From positions 14,975-78,974 of the forward strand of contig CAWJEP010000004.1 of assembly GCA_963841935.1 (NCBI GenBank): a stretch of DNA of 64,000 nt, read 5' to 3'. The notes beneath the pieces are model-generated. The model saw only the letters and a list, made by a program, of their open reading frames with translations. It ran no database searches and was not told the origin of the DNA. Source of the DNA: an uncultured bacterium. Lineage in GTDB: Bacteria > Patescibacteriota > Minisyncoccia > Phycocordibacterales > UBA6065. The stretch's first letter is position 1. Each line of letters opens with the position of its first letter. This document shows positions 56,138 to 64,000 of the stretch, piece by piece. Position numbers and translations under genes: made by a program.

Positions 56138-58078
56138 TTGCCTATTTTGTGTATAATACCCAAACTTATGGCTGTTCCAGCGAAAAAAGACGGCGGCAAC
56201 AAAAAGAAGCCAAAAACGCTTTGGCAGTTTCTCGGCAACATAGGCGCTACGTTTCTCATATTTTTCGCCGTGCTCGCGCTTTATTCTTTCATTTCGGGTT
56301 CCGGCGCTCCGGCTCCCGTTACGATTCCGATTTCCGCTCTGGCATCCGATGTTTCCTCCGGCAAAGTTAAATCAATAGACATAAACGGCGATGACCTCGC
56401 GGTTACGTATCAAGACGGCACGGACAAAGTTTCTAAAAAAGAAACAGACCTCGCGCTTTCGCAAACTTTGGTCAATTACGGCGTGCCCGCGGCAAAAATA
56501 GAAGCCGTGAATATTACCGTCGAGAAGCAAAGCAGTTTCACTTATTGGTTCGAAATACTCGCTCCGACTATAATCTCCGTTTTGTTCATCGCCATCTTCA
56601 TCTGGTTTATCATGCGTCAAGCCAAGGGCGCCGGCATGCAGGCTTTTTCTTTCGGCCAATCGAAAGCCCGCATCTCTTTTCCGGGAGACAAAAAACAAAA
56701 AGTCACGTTTAAAGATGTCGCCGGCACCAAAGAAGCCAAACAGGAACTTTCGGAAATCGTCGATTTCCTGAAAAATCCGAAAAAATTTCTTGAGATAGGC
56801 GCGGTCATTCCCAAGGGCGTGCTTCTCATGGGCGCGCCCGGCACCGGCAAAACGCTTCTCGCCCGCGCGGTCGCGGGCGAAGCCAACGTGGCTTTCTTTT
56901 CCATTAGCGGCTCGGAATTCGTGGAAATGTTCGTGGGAGTCGGAGCCAGCCGCGTACGCGACCTTTTCAAAATGGCCAAACAAGCGGCGCCGGCAATTAT
57001 TTTCGTCGATGAAATCGACGCCGTCGGTCGCGTACGCGGCACGGGCGTGGGCGGTGGAAACGATGAGAGGGAACAAACACTGAACCAAATCCTAGTCGAG
57101 ATGGACGGCTTTGAGCCGAACGAAAAAGTCATCGTCATGGCGGCGACGAACCGTCCCGACGTTCTCGACCCGGCGCTTCTTCGTCCGGGAAGATTCGACC
57201 GTCGCGTGGTTATCGATTTGCCCGATCGTGCCGACCGCGAAGAAATTCTGAAAATTCACGGCGCGAAAAAGCCGTTTGCCGAAGACGTAAACCTGCAGGT
57301 TGTCGCCGAACGCACCCCCGGATTTTCCGGCGCCGACCTTTATTCGCTTATGAATGAAAGCGCCATACTTGCCGCGCGGGAAAACAGGACGAAAGTTTCC
57401 CAATACGACCTCATTCGCGCCATAGAAAAAGTCATGCTCGGTCCCGAACGCAAAAGTCACATTCTTTCAAAACAGGAGAAAAAAATTACCGCTTATCACG
57501 AAGCCGGTCACGCGCTCGTTTCGTCCGTGCTTACTCACGCCGACCCGGTGCATAAGATTTCAATAATTTCTCGCGGTCGCGCGGCGGGATACACGCTTCA
57601 TTTGCCGCTTGAGGATAGACGCCTGCAATCGAAGAAAGAATTTCTAGACGACATCGCGGTTTCTCTCGGCGGCTACGTGGCGGAGAAAATGATTTTCGGC
57701 GACGTGACGACTGGACCGAGCAACGACCTTCAGGTTTCGACCGCTCTGGCTCGCGATATGGTGGCAAAATACGGAATGTCGGAAAAAGTCGGCGTCTTGG
57801 CCCTAGAAGGCATGGGCGGCAGACCGCTCTTCGGCAAAGGAATGGAAGAGCATGATTATTCCGAAAAAAGCGGCGCCGTAATTGATACCGAAGTCCAAAG
57901 AATTATGTCCGAAGGATACAAACGAGCGGAGAAAGTCATTAAAGAAAAAAGAAAAGCCCTCGATGCCATAGCGGAACGCCTCATCGAGACGGAAACCATT
58001 GAACGCGAAGAATTCGAAAAGATTTTGGTCGTGAACGGTATCACGCCCAAGAAAAAACAGGAAGAAAAAGTTTTGTAA
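56138..58078 (+). CDS. ftsH: ATP-dependent zinc metalloprotease FtsH
   Basis: Two N-terminal TM helices, AAA module [23 protein letters not shown], second region of homology (SRH) and HEAGHAL zinc motif. Confidence 0.9.
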   Translation: MPILCIIPKLMAVPAKKDGGNKKKPKTLWQFLGNIGATFLIFFAVLALYSFISGSGAPAPVTIPISALASDVSSGKVKSIDINGDDLAVTYQDGTDKVSKKETDLALSQTLVNYGVPAAKIEAVNITVEKQSSFTYWFEILAPTIISVLFIAIFIWFIMRQAKGAGMQAFSFGQSKARISFPGDKKQKVTFKDVAGTKEAKQELSEIVDFLKNPKKFLEIGAVIPKGVLLMGAPGTGKTLLARAVAGEANVAFFSISGSEFVEMFVGVGASRVRDLFKMAKQAAPAIIFVDEIDAVGRVRGTGVGGGNDEREQTLNQILVEMDGFEPNEKVIVMAATNRPDVLDPALLRPGRFDRRVVIDLPDRADREEILKIHGAKKPFAEDVNLQVVAERTPGFSGADLYSLMNESAILAARENRTKVSQYDLIRAIEKVMLGPERKSHILSKQEKKITAYHEAGHALVSSVLTHADPVHKISIISRGRAAGYTLHLPLEDRRLQSKKEFLDDIAVSLGGYVAEKMIFGDVTTGPSNDLQVSTALARDMVAKYGMSEKVGVLALEGMGGRPLFGKGMEEHDYSEKSGAVIDTEVQRIMSEGYKRAEKVIKEKRKALDAIAERLIETETIEREEFEKILVVNGITPKKKQEEKVL

Positions 58079-58093
58079 ATAAAAAGAGCCGCA

Positions 58094-58525
58094 CTAGGAC
58101 ATGCGGCCCTCGAGTCCCTTTCGGGCACAACAAATCAGGTTCCAAACATCATCAGGGAAAACTCGAGCTTCGAGGCTATTCTTGCTTATAAACGTCGCCC
58201 CATTCTCATTTTTCAATTCTCCCGAGAACTCATACGCGTAAAAGTGACACGCGAATTGTTCCCCTTTCCACCAAAAATCTGGAATCACGTCACAGACGAA
58301 ACTCCGGTTTCTCAGCGTTACATTGTCGAAGAAGGGTTTGATGAGGTTTTTTATGAATTCCTCGTGGAGAAGCTCGCCGTTTTTCCCGATGGGCACCGTC
58401 CACCTGTTGTTGTCCGTCCGAATAATGACCATTTTACGTTCGTCGTTTATGAGCGCGAACGCGAACAAATTTTTTTCTTGGACAAACATTGTGTACCTCC
58501 GGAGAAAATTATAGCACCGCGACAT
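58094..58525 (-). CDS. hypothetical protein
   Basis: 143-aa ORF convergent with ftsH. No family assignment. Confidence 0.5.
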   Translation of the reverse strand: MSRCYNFLRRYTMFVQEKNLFAFALINDERKMVIIRTDNNRWTVPIGKNGELLHEEFIKNLIKPFFDNVTLRNRSFVCDVIPDFWWKGEQFACHFYAYEFSGELKNENGATFISKNSLEARVFPDDVWNLICCARKGLEGRMS

Positions 58526-58602
58526 TTTTAATTAGGAACACTTTGCGTTGCCATGTCGTTTTATTTGTGGTAGATTCGCTTTGAACTTCCTCATACCAAA
58601 CA

Positions 58603-58824
58603 ATGAATACCGATAAGAAATTCGAATTGTCCGACACCATCGTCGAGCCAACGAGGTTCTTTTACAATCTTTTTTTCTACGTATTTCTCTCCGGACAGAA
58701 ATGTCTGGAGTGTAGATGGTGCAAAACCAGAAAAAGAATGTTCAATGACGATTTGTGCGTTTCTTGCGCGGAGTCGTTGGGCATGACAAATTCTCGGGAA
58801 CATCCCCATTGCCGCCGCGTCTGA
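58603..58824 (+). CDS. small Cys-rich (zinc-ribbon-like) protein
   Basis: CLECRWCKTRKR…CVSCAE provides two CxxC pairs. Confidence 0.45.
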   Translation: MNTDKKFELSDTIVEPTRFFYNLFFYVFLSGQKCLECRWCKTRKRMFNDDLCVSCAESLGMTNSREHPHCRRV

Positions 58825-58840
58825 CGCGGCGGCTTTTTAT
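58811..58840 (+). terminator. rho-independent terminator
   Basis: gccgccgcgtctgacgcggcggc followed by TTTTTATTTC. Confidence 0.6.
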
Positions 58841-58866
58841 TTCAAAATAATTATTCACACTACTTG

Positions 58867-58894
58867 TTTGACATTGTTTCGCGCGGGAGTAGTA
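58867..58894 (+). promoter_or_regulatory. sigma70-like promoter, TTGACA-N16-TAGTAT
   Basis: TTGACA at 58867-58872, TAGTAT at 58889-58894. Drives the ORF-less transcript described next. Confidence 0.5.
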
Positions 58895-58900
58895 TTTTTC

Positions 58901-59232
58901 ACCGGAGCCGGAACGTCCAATTTCGGCTTAAGTACACAACGTCAGTGACATAAGAGACAATGAACAACAAATCCAGTCAGGTTCATTCCGTAGGGGCTTC
59001 CAGCGCCTCTTCATCGGTCAACGGTCAAGTTTCGCGTCATGACAGTTCCAGCGACAGGGTCAGGTGGGTCTCGAAGAATTCCCACTGCGGTGGTTCATGG
59101 GAAAACATGAACGACAGTCCTTCTCTGCCACCGCGACCAAGGGGAACAATTTTGAGTTTCAGACCCGGTTTCGCCCATTAGCGGCCGGAATCATTTTTAC
59201 GCAAGGAGACGCCGCGGGGCCGTCTCCTTTTT
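58901..59232 (+). ncRNA. rnpB: candidate RNase P RNA (reduced bacterial type)
   Basis: About 330-nt promoter-to-terminator unit with no credible ORF. Blocks resembling RNase P conserved regions: TCATTCCGTAGGGGC (…CCAUAGGGC…), ACAGGGTCAGGTGGG (…AGGGUGAAA.GGUG…), GACAGTCC…CCACCGCGACCAAGGGG (…ACAGUCC…CCACC.GGAGCAAGG…GGGG), TTTCAGACCCGGTTTCG (…ACAGAACCCGGCUUAUCG). Terminator gcaaggagacgccgcggggccgtctcc followed by TTTTTTA at 59197-59231. Confidence 0.45.
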
Positions 59233-59239
59233 TATTGCT

Positions 59240-59267
59240 TTTACAACCTTTGAAAATGCGATATAAT
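59240..59267 (+). promoter_or_regulatory. sigma70-like promoter, TTTACA-N16-TATAAT
   Basis: TTTACA at 59240-59245, TATAAT at 59262-59267, 8 nt before the ATG at 59275. Confidence 0.4.
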
Positions 59268-59274
59268 CGAGCGA

Positions 59275-60972
59275 ATGGCAACGATTGACGAGACAAATAA
59301 AGTCACTTATTTCGCCTTTACCGACTCTAGAGGCAAGAAAATCCCTTTCGGCATCAAAGCCAAAGACCGCACAAAACACACCTACATCATAGGTAAGACG
59401 GGCATGGGCAAATCCACGGTTCTCGAAAATATGGCGATTCAGGATATTCAGAGCGGTAACGGCATCACTTTCATAGACCCGCACGGCAAAACCGCCGAAC
59501 TTCTTCTCGAATACGTGCCGGAATCCAGAATAAACGATGTCCTTTACATCGCGCCGTTCGACACAGATTTTCCCGTTTCATTCAATGTCATGGAAGACGT
59601 AGGCGAAGACAAGAGGCATCTCGTGGTCAACGGTCTAATGTCGGCTTTCAAGAAAATCTGGGTGGACGCGTGGAGCGCGAGAATGGAATACATTTTGAAT
59701 AATATTTTGCTCGCACTCCTCGAATATCCCGGATCGACACTCATTGGCGTCAACAGAATGCTCGCCGACAAAGATTACCGCAAAAAAGTCGTAAGTAATG
59801 TCAAAGACCCGGCGGTCAGGGCTTTTTGGGTGGACGAATTCGCCAAATACGGCGAGCGATACATGCAAGAAGCCGGCGCGGCGATTCAAAACAAAATCGG
59901 TCAGTTTATTTCCAATCCTCTGGTCAGGAACATTATCGGCCAGCCGAAATCCACTTTCGATTTACGCAAGATGATGGACGAGAAAAAAATCATCATCATC
60001 AACTTGTCGAAAGGCAGGGTGGGAGAGCAGAACGCGAACCTTCTCGGCTCGATGCTCATCACGAAAATATATCTTGCCGCAATGTCTCGCGCCGATATTT
60101 CGGAAAAAGAATTGAACCTTTTGCCGCAGTTTTATCTTTACGTCGATGAATTTCAATCTTTCGCCAACGAATCTTTCGCAAACATTCTTTCCGAAGCCCG
60201 AAAATACAAACTCAATCTGACGATGGCGCACCAATATATCGAACAAATGTCCGACGAAGTCCGCGCCGCCGTTTTCGGCAACGTCGGCACGATGGTTGTC
60301 TTTCGCGTCGGCGCTTACGACGCGGAAGTTTTGGAAAAAGAATTCGCGCCAAGATTCGAGAGCGCGGATATAGTCAATCTCGGTATTTTCCAGATTTATC
60401 TCAAGCTTATGATTGATGGCGTGACGAGCCAGCCTTTTTCCGCAACGACAATGCCTCCGATAGAAAAGCCGCCCTTGTCTTTCCGCGACAAAATAGTGGA
60501 AGAGTCGCGTAAAGCATTTTCCCGCCCGCGCGCGGATGTCGAAAAAGATGTTATTGCCCAATCCGGCGGGCAAGGGGATCAAACAGCTCCGCCTGCGCCA
60601 TTTGCGCGCTCGGAAAACTCGCAACCCCAGGCAAGGCCTCAAACAGTTCCTCGCGCGCAGATGGCGCCGCCTCCGCGACCACAAATTCAAACGACGCCAC
60701 CGCAACCATCCCGTCCGACGCTAGAATCGTCTGACGGATTTTCGAGTCTCAAAGACATAGCGGCAAAAATTTCAAAACCTCAAAATCCACCGCGTCCGCA
60801 AGAGCATTTTCCTCCGAAAAAAGTCGGCACGGAAGAACACAAGCAAAATCTCCGAGCCGCGCTTTCCGATGTCTTGAAGAAACAGCCAAACCAAACCGAA
60901 GGCACTTTGCCGAAGGCGCCAGCGAAAAATGAAGTTCCCGAAGATGTCTTACGTTCTATTCTGGGAGAATAA
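59275..60972 (+). CDS. P-loop ATPase of the TraD/TraG/VirD4 (type IV coupling protein, FtsK/HerA superfamily)-like family with Pro/Gln-rich disordered C-terminal tail
   Basis: Walker A YIIGKTGMGKST. Walker B-like FYLYVDEFQSF. NLTMAHQYIEQM motif. C-terminal 170 aa of low complexity (PPAPF…PPPRPQIQTTPPQPSRP). Confidence 0.55.
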   Translation: MATIDETNKVTYFAFTDSRGKKIPFGIKAKDRTKHTYIIGKTGMGKSTVLENMAIQDIQSGNGITFIDPHGKTAELLLEYVPESRINDVLYIAPFDTDFPVSFNVMEDVGEDKRHLVVNGLMSAFKKIWVDAWSARMEYILNNILLALLEYPGSTLIGVNRMLADKDYRKKVVSNVKDPAVRAFWVDEFAKYGERYMQEAGAAIQNKIGQFISNPLVRNIIGQPKSTFDLRKMMDEKKIIIINLSKGRVGEQNANLLGSMLITKIYLAAMSRADISEKELNLLPQFYLYVDEFQSFANESFANILSEARKYKLNLTMAHQYIEQMSDEVRAAVFGNVGTMVVFRVGAYDAEVLEKEFAPRFESADIVNLGIFQIYLKLMIDGVTSQPFSATTMPPIEKPPLSFRDKIVEESRKAFSRPRADVEKDVIAQSGGQGDQTAPPAPFARSENSQPQARPQTVPRAQMAPPPRPQIQTTPPQPSRPTLESSDGFSSLKDIAAKISKPQNPPRPQEHFPPKKVGTEEHKQNLRAALSDVLKKQPNQTEGTLPKAPAKNEVPEDVLRSILGE

Positions 60973-60974
60973 TT

Positions 60975-61109
60975 TATGTACGTATTTTTTCTTTTTTTGG
61001 TCATCGCGCTTGGAATAATCGGTTTTTTCTCCGTTGCCGTGAGCGAAAAATCAGAAAAAAAAGTCGGTACTGTTTCCGCCGAATACGAGATTATAGAAGA
61101 CAATGCCTG
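60975..61109 (+). CDS. small hydrophobic peptide (44 aa), hypothetical
   Basis: MYVFFLFLVIALGIIGFFSVAVSEKSEKKVGTVSAEYEIIEDNA. Below the track cutoff. Overlaps the next start. Confidence 0.25.
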
Positions 61110-62236
61110 AAACAACGCCAAAACGAATCCTGATTTTCTCCCTCACGTATTATCCGCGCCGCATTGGCGGCGCGGAAGTCGCGATAAAAGAAATCACCGA
61201 CCGATTATCGCAAAACGAATACGAATTCGACATGGTCACGCTTCATTTGGATGGAGATTTGCCGGCATATGAAAAAATCGGAAACGTAAATGTCTATCGA
61301 GTCGGCCGAGGAAAATATTTTTTTACCATGATGGCGGCAAAAAAAGCGGCGTCTCTTCATAAAGAAAGAAAATACGACGCAGTCTGGAGTATGATGGCAA
61401 ACTACGCCGGCTTCGCCGCGCTTTTTTTCAAAATGCGGCACGCAAAAACGCCGTTCATTTTGTCGCTTCAAGAAGGCGACCCGATTGATTACATAAAAAA
61501 GCGCGTCAGGTTCGTCTATCCGCTTTTTAAAAAGATTTTCACCAAAGCCGACGTCATTCAGACGATTTCAAATTATCTCGCCGATTTCGCCCGCGATATG
61601 GGTGGAAAAAATATCATCGTCGTGCCGAACGGCGTCGACGTGGCGCGTTTTTCAGCGCGAATTTCCACGAGAGAAAACGAAATCGGCAAAGCCGTCGAAG
61701 ACGTGTTTCTCGTAACGGCATCGCGTCTCGTCCTAAAAAACGCCGTTTCGGATATTGTTAAGGCCCTTAAATTTCTGCCGCAAAACGTGAAACTTCTCGT
61801 TTGCGGCACGGGCTACGAGGAAAAAAGCTTGCGAGCCCTTGTCGAGAAACTTTCTCTGGGTGGTCGCGTAGTTTTCAAAGGTTTCGTGCCGCAAAAAGAT
61901 TTGCCGGCGTATCTTAGGACTTGCGACATATTCGTCAGGCCGTCGCTTTCCGAAGGTTTCGGCAATTCTTTTATCGAAGCAATGGCGGCACGGATTCCCG
62001 TCGTCGCTACGCCGGTCGGCGGCATCGTTGACTTTCTCTCCGATAAAAAGACCGGACTTTTTTGCGCCGTTTCCGAGCCGAAAGATTTGGCCAAAAAAGT
62101 CGAAATCTATATGCGCGATATAAATCTTCGCGAGGAAATCATCGACAACGCGTTTCTTATGGTAAAAGAAAAATACGATTGGAACTTGATTGCGCGCGAT
62201 ATGAAAGAAAAAGTGTTCGACAAAATACTTTTATGA
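61103..62236 (+). CDS. glycosyltransferase family 4
   Basis: GT-B C-terminal motif SLSEGFGNSFIEAMAARIPVVATPVGG. Confidence 0.8.
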   Translation: MPETTPKRILIFSLTYYPRRIGGAEVAIKEITDRLSQNEYEFDMVTLHLDGDLPAYEKIGNVNVYRVGRGKYFFTMMAAKKAASLHKERKYDAVWSMMANYAGFAALFFKMRHAKTPFILSLQEGDPIDYIKKRVRFVYPLFKKIFTKADVIQTISNYLADFARDMGGKNIIVVPNGVDVARFSARISTRENEIGKAVEDVFLVTASRLVLKNAVSDIVKALKFLPQNVKLLVCGTGYEEKSLRALVEKLSLGGRVVFKGFVPQKDLPAYLRTCDIFVRPSLSEGFGNSFIEAMAARIPVVATPVGGIVDFLSDKKTGLFCAVSEPKDLAKKVEIYMRDINLREEIIDNAFLMVKEKYDWNLIARDMKEKVFDKILL

Positions 62237-63348
62237 AAATTCTTATCGCAACGGGAATATATCCGCCGCAAATAGGAGGGCCGGCCACATACTCGAAACT
62301 TCTGCACGACGAATTGCCGAAATACGGTTTTGAAGTTTCCGTTTGTAATTTCGGCGATGTTTTGAAATTTCCGAAAATCGTCCGTCACGCGGTTTATTTC
62401 TGGAAACTCATTCTTGTTTCGGCAAATGTTGACGCCTTATACGCTCAGGATCCGGTGTCCGTCGGTTTTCCGGCGCTTCTGGCGTCGCAAGTTCGCGGAA
62501 AGAAATTTATTTTGAAAATCGTGGGGGACTACGCGTGGGAACAGAGCACACAGCGTTTCGACGTCTTTGACCGGCTCGACGATTTCTCCGCGATATCGAA
62601 ACCGTATTCGCTTCGCGTGAGATTTCTGAAAAAAATCCAAAAATACGTCGCCGACGGAGCGGATAAAATCGCCACGCCGAGCGCCTATTTGAAAAAAATC
62701 ATTTCTAATTGGGGAGTGGATTCGAAAAAAATAACCGTCATACACAACGCTTTCGATTTCAAAGGTCTTTCGGTGGGCAAAAGCGTCTTGCGCCACAAGC
62801 TCGGCATTACCGGCACGACAATCATTTCCGCCGGCCGGCTCGTGCCTTGGAAAGGATTTTTCGCGCTCATTGCCGCCTTAGCGGAAGTTAAAAAAGAAAT
62901 TCCCGACGCTGTTCTTTATATAGCCGGAGAAGGTCCGTTTAGAGGCGAACTTGAGAAAAAAACAAAAGACATGAACCTTTCGGATAGCGTTGTTTTTCTT
63001 GGAAAAGTGGCGCAAGATTTGCTTTTTGAGTATGTAAAAGCCGCCGATGTTTTCGTCTTAAACACCGACTATGAAGGTTTTTCTCATCAACTTCTTGAAA
63101 CTATGGCCCTAGGCACGCCTATTATAACTACGCCGGTTGGCGGCAACGTGGAGCTCATTGAAGATGAATTGACGGGGCTTTTTGTCGAATATAACGACGA
63201 GAAGAAAATTGCGGACGAGGTCGTCAGACTCGTAAGAGACCCGGTATTTGCCGATGAAGTTTCAAAAAACGCCAAAGCAAAAGTCAAAGAATTTTCCGAC
63301 GAGCGAATGCTTTCCGAGCTAGCGGTATTTCTCAAAACAATAAAATGA
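62234..63348 (+). CDS. glycosyltransferase family 4
   Basis: MKILIATGIYPPQIGGPATYS start (track ORF over-extended upstream to 62062). EGFSHQLLETMALGTPIITTPVGG. Confidence 0.8.
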
Positions 63349-64000
63349 AAGTCTTAATGATATCGAACGATCCGAAGATTTTAGAAAAAGGAAGCGCGGT
63401 TTTCGCGCGCGTGGAGGAGTACGGGAAACAATTCGAAGAGCTTCACGTTTTGTATGTTACCGGCAGGTCGTTTAAACATTCGCCTTTTTCCGCCGTTATG
63501 GCGGGGAAAAAATAATGCGCGAGCGCGGTTTCGGAGAAAACGATTTAATCACGACCCAAGACCCGTTTCTTACGGCAAGCGCGGGCGCGAGTTTGAAGAA
63601 AAAATTCAAAAGTAAATTGGAAATCCAGATTCACACAGATATCGGCTCGCCTTATTACGCCGCGGAAAAATTTACCAACAGAATGCGGCTTTGGTCCGCA
63701 AGGAAAAACATCCCAAATGCCGACCATATTCGTGTCGTGTCGGAAAGAATTAAAAAATTTCTCATCGAAGCGAAATGCTTGCGCATTTCGCCCGAGAAAA
63801 TAGAAGTCAGGCCGATATTCGTAGACACGGAGAAAATAAAAAACGCGCCTATTACTGCAGACCTCCATAAAAAATATCCGCAGTTCAAAAAAATCATTCT
63901 GATGGCGTCGCGCCTCACGCACGAGAAAGACATTCCGACCGCTTTGCGCGCGTTTTCGCTCTTGCGAAAACGCGCGCCTGATACCGGCCTAATAATTGTC
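63345..64000 (+). CDS. glycosyltransferase family 4, 3'-truncated by window end; 1-nt frame break in an A6 run near 63509-63514
   Basis: MKVLMISNDPKILEKGSAVFARVEEYGKQFEELHVLYVTGRS…AGKK-stop in one frame. Continues in the next frame as IMRERGFGENDLITTQDPFL…ILMASRLTHEKDIPTALRAF. Confidence 0.6.

Noticed and set aside
58084-58112. Terminator after ftsH
   Set aside because: A hairpin gccgcactaggacatgcggc is present but not followed by a U-run, so it is not called as an intrinsic terminator.
58960-59181. 73-aa ORF within the RNase P RNA candidate
   Set aside because: Ser-rich, non-protein-like composition. It lies inside a promoter-to-terminator unit better explained as structured RNA.
1-64000. 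Alternative genetic code (UGA as Gly, code 25) because of the CPR-like gene content
   Set aside because: Many genes terminate cleanly with TGA (for example glyA at 3904-3906 and the phosphatase gene at 51100-51102). Long conserved genes (ileS, argS, ftsK, ftsH) contain no in-frame TGA.

Overview
This 64-kb window looks like a streamlined, moderately AT-rich bacterial genome of Candidate Phyla Radiation / Patescibacteria type, read by standard genetic code 11. Many genes end in TGA, and long conserved genes contain no in-frame TGA. Most genes are on the + strand and many are translation or DNA-metabolism housekeeping genes: rplK (C-terminal fragment), a dTMP-synthesis cluster (dCMP deaminase, thyX, glyA, tmk, dut), argS, ileS, recO, glyQS, metG, tatD, rpsF-ssb-rpsR, efp, recA, ftsK, rplJ-rplL, an rpsN(Z)-rpsH-rplF-rplR-rpsE-rplO-secY-adk-map block with no rpmD (L30), ndk, an RNase J-like beta-CASP nuclease, infC-rpmI-rplT, ccdA/tlpA, smpB, ftsH and three GT4 glycosyltransferases. 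I found no rRNA genes, no intact tRNA gene and no CRISPR array. The ORF track misses a tmRNA gene immediately downstream of smpB. I also predict a probable RNase P RNA and two other structured, GC-rich noncoding elements that I could not assign. A 13-kb accessory stretch (27.3-40.9 kb) encodes secreted or cell-surface proteins: two paralogous surface-protein loci, lamin-tail-domain (LTD) and PKD-domain proteins, and a 987-aa beta-helix + lipase-like protein. The observations I rank highest are: (1) IleS carries a complete histidine-phosphatase (PGAM-like) domain inserted in-frame in its catalytic core. (2) A stand-alone histidine-phosphatase gene is flanked by a diverged 115-bp duplicate of the 3' end of the RNase J-like gene, and the duplicate still encodes the same C-terminal peptide. 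(3) A 49-nt palindromic core with a conserved 32-nt loop sits inside two otherwise unrelated terminator hairpins. (4) ThyX appears to be a tandem-duplicated pseudo-dimer whose two halves carry complementary degenerate active-site motifs. A caveat runs through all of this: at least ten single-base frame disruptions occur in otherwise well-conserved genes (thyX, glyQS, rpsE, a GT4 gene at an A6 run, and both surface-protein loci). That suggests consensus indel errors in the assembly, although surface locus 1 has 5 frameshifts and an in-frame TAG within 2.1 kb and looks like a real pseudogene.
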